A stretch of 64,000 bases of DNA from Verrucomicrobiales bacterium (GCA_003140095.1 PLIU01000248.1:2304-66303), one strand, 5' to 3'; counted from the stretch's first letter, positions 8,516 to 19,249 are shown. Numbers and translations are program-made. The notes: a model not told the origin generated them from the letters alone.

Positions 8516-9492
8516 ATGTAACCGTGATCGGCGCGGGAGCGTGGGGCAGCGCGCTGGCCAATTTGTTGTGCCAGAACGATCATGCCGTCACACTCTGGGG
8601 GCATGATGCCAAGCACCTCGCCCAAATCCGGGAAACCCGCGTCAACCCGCTGTATTTGCCCGGCGTCGAACTCTCGCCGAGAATCAAATTCCAGGAAAGA
8701 CCGCAGGAAGCCATCCAGGGCGCCGAATGCGTTGTCATCGCCGTGCCGTCGAAGTTTTTCCGCGAAGTGACAAGCCAGTTTTCCGCCTTCGACGGCTTGG
8801 CGGTCAGCGTGACTAAAGGTATCGAATATGAAAGCGGCCTGACCATGTCCGGCCTCCTCAAAACGACGATGCCCAAAGCAACGGCGGCGGCGCTTTCCGG
8901 TCCGACCCTGGCCTTGGAAGTAGCGCGGGACATACCGGCGGCCATCGTGGCGGCCCACCCGCACCCCGAAACGGCCAAACACGTGCAGGTGCTTTTTGGC
9001 CGGCCAGCCTTTCGCGTTTATACCAGCCCAGACGTGCCGGGCGTCGAATTGGGCGGCGCCATTAAAAACGTGGTGGCTCTGGCCGCGGGCATCGGCGACG
9101 GCCTTGGGTTCGGCGACAACTCCAAGGCCGGCCTGATCACGCGCGGTTTGGCCGAGATGCGGCGCTTGGGCGTGGCGCGCGGCGCGCACGCGGACACTTT
9201 CTTCGGCTTGAGCGGATTGGGCGACTTGGCCGTGACCTGTTATTCACGGCTCAGCCGCAACCGCGCTTTTGGCGAGCGAGTGGGCCGGGGCGAAAAGGTA
9301 GAGTCGATTGTGGCCGGTACCCACAGTGTGGCCGAAGGCTATCCCACCGCGCGCGCGGCCTTTCGCCTGGCGCGCAAACTTGGCATCGAATCCCCCATCA
9401 TCGACGAAGTCTATGCCATGCTTTACGAAGGCAAGGAAGTTCGCCAGGCCGTGCAGGATCTGATGAGCCGCGAGCCTAAGCCCGAAGATTGA
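8512..9492 (+). CDS. gpsA: NAD(P)H-dependent glycerol-3-phosphate dehydrogenase
   Basis: [19 protein letters not shown] Rossmann motif, [34 protein letters not shown], and EGYPTA. The ATG overlaps the plsY stop (ATGA at 8512-8515). Confidence 0.93.
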   Translation: MNVTVIGAGAWGSALANLLCQNDHAVTLWGHDAKHLAQIRETRVNPLYLPGVELSPRIKFQERPQEAIQGAECVVIAVPSKFFREVTSQFSAFDGLAVSVTKGIEYESGLTMSGLLKTTMPKATAAALSGPTLALEVARDIPAAIVAAHPHPETAKHVQVLFGRPAFRVYTSPDVPGVELGGAIKNVVALAAGIGDGLGFGDNSKAGLITRGLAEMRRLGVARGAHADTFFGLSGLGDLAVTCYSRLSRNRAFGERVGRGEKVESIVAGTHSVAEGYPTARAAFRLARKLGIESPIIDEVYAMLYEGKEVRQAVQDLMSREPKPED

Positions 9493-9574
9493 CCTCTTTT
9501 CCGGGTCTTTGAATTTAAGGTTGAAAAAACGCGCGCATTTGCAATCGTGTCTTTCAAATAACGAAAGCCGTTCC

Positions 9575-10429
9575 GTGCAAATAAAAAAAGCCGTCATCAC
9601 CGCCGCCGGCAAAAGCCAGCGCACATTGCCGCTGCAAACGTTGGTGGATCGCGACGGCCAGCAAAAAACCGCCTTGACCATCATCGTCGAAGAGGTGCTC
9701 AAAGCCGGGACCGAGGAAGTGTGCGTGGTCATCTGCCCGGGCGACCAGGACGCCTACCGCGCCGCTGCCGGCTCTCACGCCAGCCGCTTGCAATTTGTCG
9801 AACAACCCGCCCCGCTCGGCTACGGCCACGCCGTCCAATGCGCCGCCGCCTTTACCGCCGCCGACCCGTTTCTCCTGCTGGTGGGCGACCACCTCTACGT
9901 CAGCCGCGCGGAGAAAAATTGCGCGCAACAATTGGTCCAGGCCGCCAGCGCCGAATCGTGCTCGGTCTCGGCCGTGCAGGCCACGCACGAGAGCAAATTG
10001 CCCTTCTATGGCGCTGCCGGCGGACGGCCGGCGCCGGGACGACCGCGTCTTTACCAGATCGAGACAGTGCTGGAGAAACCCACCCCGACAGAGGCGGAGC
10101 AAAAGTTGATCGTCCCCGGCCTGAGAGCCGGACGCTACCTGTGCTTCTTCGGCATGCATGTCTTGACGCCGATGGTCATGGAACGTTTGAAGGAGATCGC
10201 CGTTGCCGGCACAACCGGCGTCACCCTCAGTGCCGTCCTCAACGCCCTGGCCAGCCGGGAGCGCTACCTCGGTCTGGAATTGTTGGGCAGGCGCTACGAC
10301 ATCGGCCTCAAATACGGATTGTTGACAGCCCAATTGGCCCTCGCCCTGGACGGCCGGGACCGGGACGAAGTTCTCTCCAATCTGGTAGAAATGCTCGCCG
10401 TGCGCTGGGAGCAAACCCCCGCTGCATGA
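9575..10429 (+). CDS. Sugar-1-phosphate nucleotidyltransferase (GalU/NTP_transferase-like)
   Basis: From the GTG at 9575: (M)[20 protein letters not shown], resembling the GalU-type KAVIPAAGxGTRxLP N-terminus. It also has [12 protein letters not shown] and LLLVGDHLY. The alternative ATG at 9509 adds 22 non-conserved residues. Confidence 0.75.
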   Translation: MQIKKAVITAAGKSQRTLPLQTLVDRDGQQKTALTIIVEEVLKAGTEEVCVVICPGDQDAYRAAAGSHASRLQFVEQPAPLGYGHAVQCAAAFTAADPFLLLVGDHLYVSRAEKNCAQQLVQAASAESCSVSAVQATHESKLPFYGAAGGRPAPGRPRLYQIETVLEKPTPTEAEQKLIVPGLRAGRYLCFFGMHVLTPMVMERLKEIAVAGTTGVTLSAVLNALASRERYLGLELLGRRYDIGLKYGLLTAQLALALDGRDRDEVLSNLVEMLAVRWEQTPAA

Positions 10430-13400
10430 CTCCGCGCCTGCGCCACATCATCACCGCCACGGACCCGTCCGAGCGCCACCAATCGCTCGACGCCCTTTGC
10501 CGCCGCTCTTCGCTGGAGCAACTGCTGGCGGAATGCGAGGACCTGGAGTTGTTCCGCCGCCGTAGCGAGAGCCTTTATGAACGGGTGCGCGCCCTCTTTT
10601 TCCTTTACGCCCTCCATCGCTTTCATCTGCCCTTGCAGCCGGGCCTGAACCGTCTCGGCTGGATTCCCTTCACCGGCTGGTCCCACCTTCTGCAGCGGCG
10701 GTTTGAAGAGGCGGTCAAAAATTTTCTTGACGCGCAGCGCAAGGACGGCCCCAACGACGCCATTTCCAGCGCGCTGGCCGCCGCCTATTACCGGTTGGGC
10801 ATTCAAACGCTCGCCGACCAGGTCCGCCGCAGTGTCCGCTCGGTGCCCGGCAACCAATGGATGTTCCGCATGGGCCACCCCGCCGACCAGCCCTTGCGCC
10901 TCCGGCCCGAATTGTTGCAACGCGAGGCCGACGGTTGCTACCCCGTCCTGCGCGAGCAAACGCCCGTGCGCATGGACCTGACGCACAGCGCCTGGAGCGA
11001 CATTTTTTTCCTCGGCATGGATTACCCGGAAGGCGCGAAGGTCTTGAATGCGTCGGTGGATTTGGGCGTGCGCGGACGGGATCGCGCGCCCAAACCGCCG
11101 ATCGAGGTCTATCTGCGCGTCATTGACGAGCCGGTCTTGCGCCTGGCCAGCGTCGATTTGGGCGTGGCGGCCGACATCTCCAGCCTGGCCGAGGTGTTTG
11201 ATTTCGCGCGCGACTATTTGGGGCTTTTGAAAGCGGCGGTCATCGCCGCCGGCATCGTGCCGCCGGGGTTGGAAGGCTCCGGCCAAAGCCTGGCCGATTT
11301 GCTGGCGCGCCTGGTCGGTCCGGGCCGCGGACTGGAGTTGGTCAGCAGCGTCAACAATATTCCAAAAGGGTCGCGTCTGGCCGTTTCCACCAATTTGCTG
11401 GCGGCGCTCATTTCCGCCGGCATGCGCGCGACCGGCCAGGCCCGCTCCTTGCAAGGCGCCCTGGCCGAGCACGAGCGCCGGTTGGTGCTGGCCCGGGCCA
11501 TCCTGGGCGAATGGCTGGGCGGCTCGGGCGGCGGCTGGCAGGACTCCGGCGGCGTCTGGCCCGGCCTCAAACTCATCCAGGGCGCCCTGGCCAGGGAAGG
11601 CGACGCGGAATTCGGCTTGAGCCGCGGACGCCTGATGCCGACACACAAGGTTTTCGGCCTCGATGACGCTTCCGAGGCCGTGCGCCGCAAATTGCAAGAG
11701 AGTCTGGTGCTCGTCCACGGCGGCATGGCTCAGAACGTCGGCCCCATCCTGGAGATGGTCACCGAGAAGTACCTGCTGCGCTCGGAGCCGGAGTGGCAAG
11801 CGCGGGGCGAAGCGCTGGGCATCCTGGACGAAATCCTGGCCGCCCTGCGGGCGGAGGACATGCCGCGCATCGGCGCCGCCACCTCGCGCAACTTCGCCGG
11901 GCCGCTGCAAACGATCATTCCCTGGGCCGGCAACTTTTACACGGAAACTTTGATTGACAAGGCCCGGGCCGAATTCGGCGCCGATTTTTGGGGCTTCTGG
12001 ATGCTCGGCGGCATGTCCGGCGGCGGCATGGGGTTCATTTTCGCCCCCGCCCGCAAAGCCGAGGCGCAGGACCGCCTGCAAGCCATCATGTCCAAAACCA
12101 AGCGCGCCCTGGAAAGCGCCCTGCCGTTCGCCATGGAACCGGTGGTCTATGATTTCGCGCTCAACGAGCGTGGCACCTGGGCCGACTTGTTGACAGGCGA
12201 TGACGCCCTGCTCCCGGCGCCTTATTACGCCATGGTCGTGCCGCAATTGCTCAAGCTGGATTTGCGCACCCTGCCCCGGATGCGCCGGGCCGAATTGGAC
12301 AAATTCGCCGCCGCCAGTCAAAGCAAGCCCGAACTGGCCGGGGTCGTGCGGGATGTTTTCGACCGTTTGCTGCCGCGTTTGCCGCGCGAGTCCACAGTGG
12401 AGCGAAGCCTGGAGGCCATGCTGGCTGAAAATGGCTTTGACCGCGCCGAACACGAACACATCCGGGCCGACCTCATCGATGGCCGCCTCGGCCTGGCCCA
12501 GAACCGCTTGCCCGCCAGCGCGGTCATTCAGGATGTCCAACCCGGCGACGTGATCGACGCCACCATCCCCCTGCCAGAAGAGGATGCGGTCCGGGGGCGC
12601 GAGGCCATCGCCAGCGGGGCGGCGGCGATCGTCACGCTGGCCGCCGGCCTGGGCAGCCGCTGGACGCAAGGGGCGGGAGTGGTCAAGGCCCTGCATCCGT
12701 TTCGCAAGTGGGCCGGACGCCATCGCACTTTTTTGGAAGTGCATCTGGCCAAGAGCCGGCGCGCGGGGCGCCAGCACGGCGTCATGCTGCCGCACGTCGT
12801 CACGACTAGCTATTTGACTCACGCGCCGATCGAGGAATTTCTCCGGCGGCAAAACCACTACGGCTATCCCGGCCCGCTGTTGCTCTCGCCCGGCCGCGCT
12901 ATTGGGCTGCGCCTGGTGCCGATGGAGCGCGACCTGCGGTTTTTGTGGGAGGAAATGCCCCAGCAACTGCTCGATGAACAAGCGCAGAAAGTTCGCCAGA
13001 GCCTGCACACCGCCCTCATCGCCTGGGCCAAACAGGCCGGCGAAGGCGGCGACTACACCGATAACGTCCCGGCGCAATGCCTCCATCCGGTGGGTCATTG
13101 GTACGAAGTTTCCAACCTCATGCGCAACGGCGTGCTGCTCCGACTTTTGCAAGAGCGTCCGAACCTGCGCTATCTGCTGGTTCACAACATCGACTGCCTG
13201 GGCGTCGATTTGGACCCGGGCCTGTTGGGATTGCACATCCGGCTCGGGGCCTGCTTGTCCTTCGAGGTCACCACTCGCCGCCTGGAAGACCGCGGCGGCG
13301 GCTTGGCGCGAGTCCAGGGCCGCCCGCGCATTCTGGAGGGCCTGGCCATGCCGCGAGAGGAAGATGAATTCGCCCTCTCCTATTACAATTCGTTGAGCAC

Positions 13401-13746
13401 GTGGATCGACGTCCCCCAACTGCTGGCGCTCTTCGAGTTGTCCGCCAAGGACTTGCCCAACGCGAAAAAAGTTTCCACGGCCATCCGCAACATGGCCGCC
13501 CGCATGCCTACTTACATCACGCTCAAAGAAGTCAAGAAAAGGTGGGGCCACGGCCAGGAGGACATTTTCCCCGTCGCGCAATTTGAGAAGTTGTGGGGCG
13601 ACATGAGCGCGTTGCCGGAGGCCCGTTGCCAGTTCGTGGTCGTGCCGCGCCTGCGCGGCCAGCAGCTCAAAGACCCGGCGCAGTTGGACGGCTGGCTGCG
13701 CGACGGCTCCGCCGCGCACGTCGAGTCCCTTTGTCAGTGGGAGTGA
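10426..13746 (+). CDS. Large (1106 aa) multidomain protein. The N-terminal/central region is fucokinase/GHMP-kinase-like and the C-terminal domain is UDPGP-type (UTP-glucose-1-phosphate uridylyltransferase family).
   Basis: The ATG at 10426 overlaps the upstream stop (ATGA). Motifs [29 protein letters not shown] and [12 protein letters not shown] are GHMP/fucokinase-like. Motifs [10 protein letters not shown] and [10 protein letters not shown] resemble the UDPGP family. The 1154-aa antisense ORF is a shadow ORF. Confidence 0.7.
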   Translation: MTPRLRHIITATDPSERHQSLDALCRRSSLEQLLAECEDLELFRRRSESLYERVRALFFLYALHRFHLPLQPGLNRLGWIPFTGWSHLLQRRFEEAVKNFLDAQRKDGPNDAISSALAAAYYRLGIQTLADQVRRSVRSVPGNQWMFRMGHPADQPLRLRPELLQREADGCYPVLREQTPVRMDLTHSAWSDIFFLGMDYPEGAKVLNASVDLGVRGRDRAPKPPIEVYLRVIDEPVLRLASVDLGVAADISSLAEVFDFARDYLGLLKAAVIAAGIVPPGLEGSGQSLADLLARLVGPGRGLELVSSVNNIPKGSRLAVSTNLLAALISAGMRATGQARSLQGALAEHERRLVLARAILGEWLGGSGGGWQDSGGVWPGLKLIQGALAREGDAEFGLSRGRLMPTHKVFGLDDASEAVRRKLQESLVLVHGGMAQNVGPILEMVTEKYLLRSEPEWQARGEALGILDEILAALRAEDMPRIGAATSRNFAGPLQTIIPWAGNFYTETLIDKARAEFGADFWGFWMLGGMSGGGMGFIFAPARKAEAQDRLQAIMSKTKRALESALPFAMEPVVYDFALNERGTWADLLTGDDALLPAPYYAMVVPQLLKLDLRTLPRMRRAELDKFAAASQSKPELAGVVRDVFDRLLPRLPRESTVERSLEAMLAENGFDRAEHEHIRADLIDGRLGLAQNRLPASAVIQDVQPGDVIDATIPLPEEDAVRGREAIASGAAAIVTLAAGLGSRWTQGAGVVKALHPFRKWAGRHRTFLEVHLAKSRRAGRQHGVMLPHVVTTSYLTHAPIEEFLRRQNHYGYPGPLLLSPGRAIGLRLVPMERDLRFLWEEMPQQLLDEQAQKVRQSLHTALIAWAKQAGEGGDYTDNVPAQCLHPVGHWYEVSNLMRNGVLLRLLQERPNLRYLLVHNIDCLGVDLDPGLLGLHIRLGACLSFEVTTRRLEDRGGGLARVQGRPRILEGLAMPREEDEFALSYYNSLSTWIDVPQLLALFELSAKDLPNAKKVSTAIRNMAARMPTYITLKEVKKRWGHGQEDIFPVAQFEKLWGDMSALPEARCQFVVVPRLRGQQLKDPAQLDGWLRDGSAAHVESLCQWE

Positions 13747-13759
13747 TCTGAATCTCATA

Positions 13760-14248
13760 TCACTCCAGCCTCACCAAACGTTCTATATTTGACAATTCGC
13801 CCAACAAGGCCGCCACTCCCCCGACCTGCCCCGGCAGGACAAACTCCGGCGCGATCTCCGCCAGCGGCTGCAAGACAAAACGCCGCAAGTGCGCGCGCGG
13901 ATGCGGCAGAACCAGCTCCGGCTGTTTGGCCGTGCGCGCGCCGAACGCGATCAAATCGAGATCGAGCAAACGCGGTTCGTTGGCGATGTTGCCCCGCCGC
14001 CGTCCGAACTCCTCCTCCAGAACTTGCAGTTGACGCAGCAGCGATTGGGGCGTTTGGTCCGCGCGCGGCCGGAACCCGGCCATGGCGTTGACGAAAAGCG
14101 GCGAGCCGGGCGGACAATCGACCGGAACGCTTTGCCAGAGCGAAGAGCGCAGCAACGGCGCGTCCGACAGCGTTTGCAACCGGCCCAAGGCGCGCCGGAC
14201 AATTTCCACCGAATCGCCCAGATTCGAGCCAAGGGCGACAAAGGCCAT
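13760..14248 (-). CDS. folK: 2-amino-4-hydroxy-6-hydroxymethyldihydropteridine diphosphokinase (HPPK)
   Basis: MAFVALGSNLGD..., LLDLDLIAFG and LVLPHPRAHLRRFVLQPLAEIAP are classic HPPK motifs. An upstream ATG at 14272 is an alternative start. Confidence 0.9.
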   Translation of the reverse strand: MAFVALGSNLGDSVEIVRRALGRLQTLSDAPLLRSSLWQSVPVDCPPGSPLFVNAMAGFRPRADQTPQSLLRQLQVLEEEFGRRRGNIANEPRLLDLDLIAFGARTAKQPELVLPHPRAHLRRFVLQPLAEIAPEFVLPGQVGGVAALLGELSNIERLVRLE

Positions 14249-14295
14249 TTCGCGCGAATGTTTGTTCATCAAGCAAAGAGCTGGCCCGCAAAGCG

Positions 14296-14520
14296 CTACA
14301 CATTGTCCGGGTGAACCACGGTCAAACCTGGTGCGCGCTGAAAGTCACCTGTGTTGCGCGTCACTAGCATGGCTTGAGCAGTTTCGGCGCTGGCGGCGAT
14401 CGGAGCATCGGGAACTTTTATGCGTTCCGACTTGCGGATCTGGATGGTCCGTTCAATCACTGCGCCGGATATCGAAACCTCCTCAATCCACTGACTCCCA
14501 GTTCGGACGCCTCGAGGCAT
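14296..14520 (-). pseudogene. PIN-domain (VapC-like) toxin, C-terminal half only
   Basis: The 74-aa ORF ends with DAPIAASAETAQAMLVTRNTGDFQRAPGLTVV, matching the typical PIN C-terminus (D..IAA.A......LvTrN..DF). The N-terminal ~55 residues, including the first acidic residues, are missing. The ORF overlaps the upstream small ORF out of frame. Confidence 0.55.
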
Positions 14521-14626
14521 CGGGCAACAGCGTCAACAAAGCGCGCCCACGTTCCGGCAGTTGGCCGTTTCCATTTGGGACGATCCTTCCGTTCTCGATG
14601 TCAGCCTCAATCGTCACGTATGTCAT
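14483..14626 (-). CDS. Small antitoxin-like ORF (AF2212/DUF104-like), 47 aa, possibly 3'-truncated
   Basis: Below the ORF-track size cutoff. The sequence MTYVTIEADIENGRIVPNGNGQLPERGRALLTLL... resembles the IEAvYENGvfkP...L.EG..v motif of AF2212-type antitoxins. It lies directly upstream of the PIN remnant. Confidence 0.4.
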   Translation of the reverse strand: MTYVTIEADIENGRIVPNGNGQLPERGRALLTLLPDASRRPNWESVD

Positions 14627-14734
14627 CGCAATATCGTATCACTCAATCCAGCCAGAATCAAGCGTCTTATGTGCCTTCCTGCGACGGTGTGCAGGAACCT
14701 ATCTTTACAACCCAAAGGAATGAGAAACGATAGC

Positions 14735-15472
14735 TTACCCTCTCAACCCCAGCACGTCCTGCATGTCGTAAAGCCCGGGCTTTTGGCCGGCGACCCATTG
14801 TGCGGCCCGAAGCGCGCCGATGGCAAAGGTGTCCCGGCTGGCGGCTTTGTGCGTCAATTCCAGCCTTTCGCCCGCCGCCGCGAAGATGACGGTGTGGTCG
14901 CCAACCACGTCGCCTCCTCGAATGGAGTGGATGCCGATCTCCGCCGCCGTGCGCTCGCCCACCTGACCCTGGCGGCCATGTCGGGCGGCTTGCTCCAAGG
15001 GCTGACGGCGCGCTTCGGCCAGGATTTTCGCCAGCGTGGCGGCCGTGCCGCTCGGGGCGTCTTTCTTGAGCCGATGGTGCATCTCGACGATTTCCAAATC
15101 GAATTCCGGCCCCAGAATCTCGACCGCTTTTCGTGTCAACCAAAACAATGCGTTGACACCGGTGGAATAGTTCGCGCTCCAGACCATTGGCATGTGCGTG
15201 GCCAACGACGCCAATTCCTTCCGTTCCCACTCGGAATGGCCGGTGGTGCCGATGACGATGGCCTTTTGGCGCGCCGCGCAAAGGCGGGCAAACGCAAGAG
15301 TGCTCTGGTGGAACGTGAAATCGATCACCACGTCGCCCTGGCCGATGACCGTGCCCAAATCGTCGCCCAAATCGATTCGTCCGCTGACGGTGATCGCGGG
15401 CATCGTTTCGGCGCAGCGCAGCAAGGCCTGGCCCATTCGCCCTTTGGCGCCGGCGATAATGATTTTAGCCAT
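14735..15472 (-). CDS. dapB: 4-hydroxy-tetrahydrodipicolinate reductase
   Basis: MAKIIIAGAKGRMGQ, VIDFT, IGTTG, EIVEMHHRLKKDAPSGTA and IHSIRGGDVVGDHTV are full-length DapB hallmarks. Confidence 0.93.
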   Translation of the reverse strand: MAKIIIAGAKGRMGQALLRCAETMPAITVSGRIDLGDDLGTVIGQGDVVIDFTFHQSTLAFARLCAARQKAIVIGTTGHSEWERKELASLATHMPMVWSANYSTGVNALFWLTRKAVEILGPEFDLEIVEMHHRLKKDAPSGTAATLAKILAEARRQPLEQAARHGRQGQVGERTAAEIGIHSIRGGDVVGDHTVIFAAAGERLELTHKAASRDTFAIGALRAAQWVAGQKPGLYDMQDVLGLRG

Positions 15473-16349
15473 GACGTAGCACTCCGCATTGAGTGAGGGT
15501 CGATTCTAACACGCCGCGGTTTTTTGCCCTCATCGGGACCAACGGCAGACGGAATTCTTCCTCAATGAGACCCATCATGGCCAAGGCGGCTTTGACCGGC
15601 TGCGGGTTGGTCTCGATAAACAAGTCTTTGAACAGCGGGTAAAATTGCTCGTGCAGCTTCAACGCGACGGGCAAGTTTCCCGCGCGGAAAGCCGCCACCA
15701 TGCGGGAGATTTGCCGCGGGACAATATTGGAGGCGACGCTGATCACTCCATGCGCGCCCAGCGCCAGGAACGGCAGCGTGAGCGCGTCGTCGCCGGAGAA
15801 AATGGAAAACCTCGGTCCCAACGCCGCGCGCAATTGGCTCACCCGGTCGGGGTTGCCGCCGGCTTCCTTGATGCCAACCAGGCGGGGAGTCGCGCCCGCC
15901 AGGCGCCGGACGGTCTCCACGCCGATCTCGATTCCGCACCGCGAAGGAACGCTGTAAAGGACCAGCGGCAGCCTGGTGGCGCGGCTGATCTCCAGGAAAT
16001 GCTGGAACAATCCCTCCTGCGATGGTTTGTTGTAGTAGGGTGCCACTTGCAGCGAGGAATTGGCCCCGGCTTTCGCCGCCTCCTGTGTCAAATACACCGC
16101 CTCGCTGGTCGAATTGCCGCCGGTGCCGGCCATGATGGGAATTCGCCCCGCGGCGTACTCGACGGCGTGCGCGATCACCTCGATGTGCTCCTTGTAATCA
16201 AGGGTCGGCGATTCGCCGGTGGTGCCGACGGGCACCAAGCCGTCCACGCCGCCCTTGACCTGCATGTCGATGAGCCGTTTGAACGCCGGCGCGTCGAATT
16301 TGCCGTTGCGAAACGGAGTCACGAGGGCTGTATAAGTTCCTGCTAACAT
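15465..16349 (-). CDS. dapA: 4-hydroxy-tetrahydrodipicolinate synthase
   Basis: From the ATG at 16349: MLAGTYTALVTPF..., GVDGLVPVGTTGESPTL, GTGGNST and VGIKEAGG (active-site Lys). It overlaps the dapB start by 8 nt. Confidence 0.93.
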   Translation of the reverse strand: MLAGTYTALVTPFRNGKFDAPAFKRLIDMQVKGGVDGLVPVGTTGESPTLDYKEHIEVIAHAVEYAAGRIPIMAGTGGNSTSEAVYLTQEAAKAGANSSLQVAPYYNKPSQEGLFQHFLEISRATRLPLVLYSVPSRCGIEIGVETVRRLAGATPRLVGIKEAGGNPDRVSQLRAALGPRFSIFSGDDALTLPFLALGAHGVISVASNIVPRQISRMVAAFRAGNLPVALKLHEQFYPLFKDLFIETNPQPVKAALAMMGLIEEEFRLPLVPMRAKNRGVLESTLTQCGVLRHG

Positions 16350-16413
16350 ATCGGGGCAAATGAAATCCGCGCCGCGCCGCCAGTTCAATCCCTTTCGGGC
16401 GGCCAATTTGGGA

Positions 16414-17619
16414 TCAATGTTTCTGGCCGCTGTCGAACGGGAATGATGGATCCTCCCACTGCGGAATATCGTCCTGGCACCCGACCGTCCGCAAATAGGT
16501 CAGGTTCCATTCTTCCAAGGCAAAGTCATCCGGCGGCGCTTTGCGCGAAGCGATGTGGTCGGCGACATAAAGGGCGGAAGTGAGGGAAAAAGCGCCGCCC
16601 GGCTCCTGTTGCGGATAATCCTGAAAGGAAAGGGCGGTGACAACCTCGGCGGGCATGCCCCAAAGCTCCATGAGATAAGCCGTCAATTGCGCCGCCGTGG
16701 TTTGGAAAGTTTCGAGCACACGCGGCGCCAGCGGGGATCTGAGCTGCCGCGCGCCCTGGCAGGCAGCGGCGAATTGTCCCGGAAAGTTATCAGCCAAAAT
16801 GAATCGGCCCGCCTCATGCAGCAGCCCGGCCAGAAACCCCTCCTCGGCCGTCCGGCGCGGAAGCCTCTTTTGCCGGCACAGATGCTGGGCCAAATAGGCG
16901 GTTTCCCAGCAGTGGCTCCAGACCCGCGGCAAATCCAGCTCGGCATGCCCTAATGTCTCATAGTGCCGGAAAAGGCTTTGCGAGAGCACGATGGCCGCGA
17001 TCATTTCCGTCCCCAGGCACATCACCGCGTCGGTGGGATTGTTGATCAAGTAGCCTTGCCCGAAAAGCGGCGAATTGGCCAGTTGCAGCACCTTGATCGT
17101 TAGCCCGGGGTCTTCCGCCACCATGCGGGCAATGACCGAGCCGGCCGTGCGGTTGTCATTTATTTCCGTCAGCAACGATTGGTGGACCTGCGGCAGCGAG
17201 GGAATCGAGCGCAACGACGTCGCCATCGATTGCAAGCCCTTGTTGACGATTCGATCCTGCGCCGAGAAACTCCTCTGCACCAGTTCCCGCAGCCGGGCGA
17301 TCTCGAACGGCTTGGCGATATACTGATGGGCCGAGGTGATCAGCGTCAGCTTGCTGAGCGAAACGTAACCGGACATAATGACGCGAATGGCCCCCGGCGC
17401 GATTTTCCGCACCTCCTCCAACAACTGGCTCCCCTGCATGCCCGGCATGAGTTGATCGGATAGAATCAGGTCGGGCGCCTTGGCCCTGACCGCGGCCAAA
17501 GCCTCCAACGGGTCGCTGAATCCGGCCACGTCCCACAAGTCATCGTTGCCGCGCAGGATCAGCACGGCCGTTTCCAGCACGGCCACCTGATCGTCAACAA
17601 TATAAATGCATCTTTTCAT
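16414..17619 (-). CDS. Response regulator receiver domain fused to an HDOD domain
   Basis: Receiver: IYIVDDQ...PDLILSDQLMPGMQG...KP. HDOD-like: LPQVHQSLLTEINDNRTAGSVIARMVAEDPGLTIKVLQLANSPLFG...GLLHEAG. Confidence 0.85.
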   Translation of the reverse strand: MKRCIYIVDDQVAVLETAVLILRGNDDLWDVAGFSDPLEALAAVRAKAPDLILSDQLMPGMQGSQLLEEVRKIAPGAIRVIMSGYVSLSKLTLITSAHQYIAKPFEIARLRELVQRSFSAQDRIVNKGLQSMATSLRSIPSLPQVHQSLLTEINDNRTAGSVIARMVAEDPGLTIKVLQLANSPLFGQGYLINNPTDAVMCLGTEMIAAIVLSQSLFRHYETLGHAELDLPRVWSHCWETAYLAQHLCRQKRLPRRTAEEGFLAGLLHEAGRFILADNFPGQFAAACQGARQLRSPLAPRVLETFQTTAAQLTAYLMELWGMPAEVVTALSFQDYPQQEPGGAFSLTSALYVADHIASRKAPPDDFALEEWNLTYLRTVGCQDDIPQWEDPSFPFDSGQKH

Positions 17620-17738
17620 TTCGTGCCATCAGTGGGTGGCTCATTACACCCCCGCGCTTGTCCGCTTATCTCACAACTATTTGCTTGACTCAACTCTTTC
17701 TTGGAGAAGCCTCGCCCATTCTTGCGTTTCCGCCAGGT

Positions 17739-19088
17739 TCAGACTGCGCCAGGCTCCGGATGGGTCCACGGCGCGCGATAGGGCCGGCGCAGCAGGGCAT
17801 TGGCCTCCGCGTCCCCCGCCACCTGGCCGGCCCGGTTGTCCCAACGTAACGAGCGCCCCAGCTTCATGGAGACATTGGCCAGGATGCACGAAGCGCTGGA
17901 GATATAACCTTCCTCGATGTCCGAGATGGGCCTTCCGCGCGAAGCCACGCACGACATAAAATCCTGCATATTTCCGCGGTTGCCCGGCGCGGCGAAAGTC
18001 TCGATCCCCGGCTCCGTCCGGTCCTCGGGATATTGATCCAATTCCAGGACGGCATCCCGGTGAATGCGCTGGCCGCGGCCCCTGGGGATGAAATCGTAGC
18101 AGTTCACGCTTGCCTTCAATGTTCCTTTGTCTCCGTAAAACGTCGTGCCCCAGAAGTATTCCGGATCGGGCGGGTCCCCCCAGGAACGATGCTGCCAGAC
18201 CACCTGCAGGCTCCCAAAATCAAACACCGCCGTCTGCGTGTCGGGCGTATCGGGCTTGTCCTCCTTATCTAGGAGGATGCCGCCGGAGGAACTGATGGAG
18301 ATCGGCCACCCCAGCCCCAGCATCCAGCGCGTTAAGTCGAGCATATGGACGCCCATGTCGCCAATGATGCCGTTGCCGTATTCCATGAAATTGCGCCAGC
18401 CGCGCGGATGAACCAGCTTGTTGTAGGGGCGCATCGGTGCCGGGCCGGTCCACATTTCGTAATCCAGGTTGGCGGGCGGGGCCGTGTCCGGCGGATTCTG
18501 CCTGGCGCGCATGGAATAATAGCAGTAAATCTCCACATGGCTGATGGTCCCCAGCTTGCCCGCTTTGACGATGTCATTCCGGGCTTCGATCAGGTGCGGG
18601 GTGGTGCGGCGCTCCAGACCCACCTGGACCACGCGTTTATGTTTCCGCGCGGCGGCCAGCATGGCTTGACCTTCGACCACGTCCACACTGATCGGTTTCT
18701 GCACGTACACATCCGCCCCGCTCTCCACCGCCGCGATCATGGCCAGCGCGTGCCAATGGTCGGGAGTGCCCACCAGCACCACATCCAGGTCCTTTGCCGC
18801 CAGCATCTCGCGGTAATCGCGATACGTTCGAGGTTTCTGTTTCGATTTTTGACGCGTGGCGAAATAGTCCGCCGCGTCCGACAACATCGTCCGATCCACA
18901 TCGCAGAGCGAAACTACTTCGACAGGCGCCACCTGGATCAGGCGGCAAAGATCGCTCTTCCCATACCATCCGCAGCCGATCAGCCCGACACGTTTGTTCT
19001 CCCCAGCCGCCACGGCAGCCAAAGGCCCGGCCGCGCAAAGCGCCAAGCTGGCGGCGGACGACACCTTAAGGAACTTTCTTCGATTCAT
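17739..19088 (-). CDS. Gfo/Idh/MocA-family NAD-dependent oxidoreductase with a twin-arginine (TAT) signal
   Basis: From the ATG at 19088: MNRRKFLKVSSAASLALCAAG (RRxFLK). Rossmann motif RVGLIGCGWYG, then TPDHWHA and VYVQKP. Confidence 0.85.
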   Translation of the reverse strand: MNRRKFLKVSSAASLALCAAGPLAAVAAGENKRVGLIGCGWYGKSDLCRLIQVAPVEVVSLCDVDRTMLSDAADYFATRQKSKQKPRTYRDYREMLAAKDLDVVLVGTPDHWHALAMIAAVESGADVYVQKPISVDVVEGQAMLAAARKHKRVVQVGLERRTTPHLIEARNDIVKAGKLGTISHVEIYCYYSMRARQNPPDTAPPANLDYEMWTGPAPMRPYNKLVHPRGWRNFMEYGNGIIGDMGVHMLDLTRWMLGLGWPISISSSGGILLDKEDKPDTPDTQTAVFDFGSLQVVWQHRSWGDPPDPEYFWGTTFYGDKGTLKASVNCYDFIPRGRGQRIHRDAVLELDQYPEDRTEPGIETFAAPGNRGNMQDFMSCVASRGRPISDIEEGYISSASCILANVSMKLGRSLRWDNRAGQVAGDAEANALLRRPYRAPWTHPEPGAV

Positions 19089-19249
19089 GGCCGTATATTG
19101 GAACCAAGGGCCTCCGCGGTCAAGACGCGTCGCAAGCCAATCGTGAGTGACTCCTTCCACACGGGCCTCCATCCTGCCGTCCTGTTCCTTCTTTCACAAT
19201 CAAAATAGTAATCTCCATCAGATCAGTGTACTTTCCATGAAAGATGGGT

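Noticed and set aside
10294-13758. 1154-aa ORF on the minus strand, the second-longest ORF in the region
   Set aside because: It is antisense to the + strand gene, which carries recognisable GHMP/UDPGP motifs. Its composition (Arg/Gly/Ala/Gln-rich, no motifs) is typical of a shadow ORF in high-G+C DNA.
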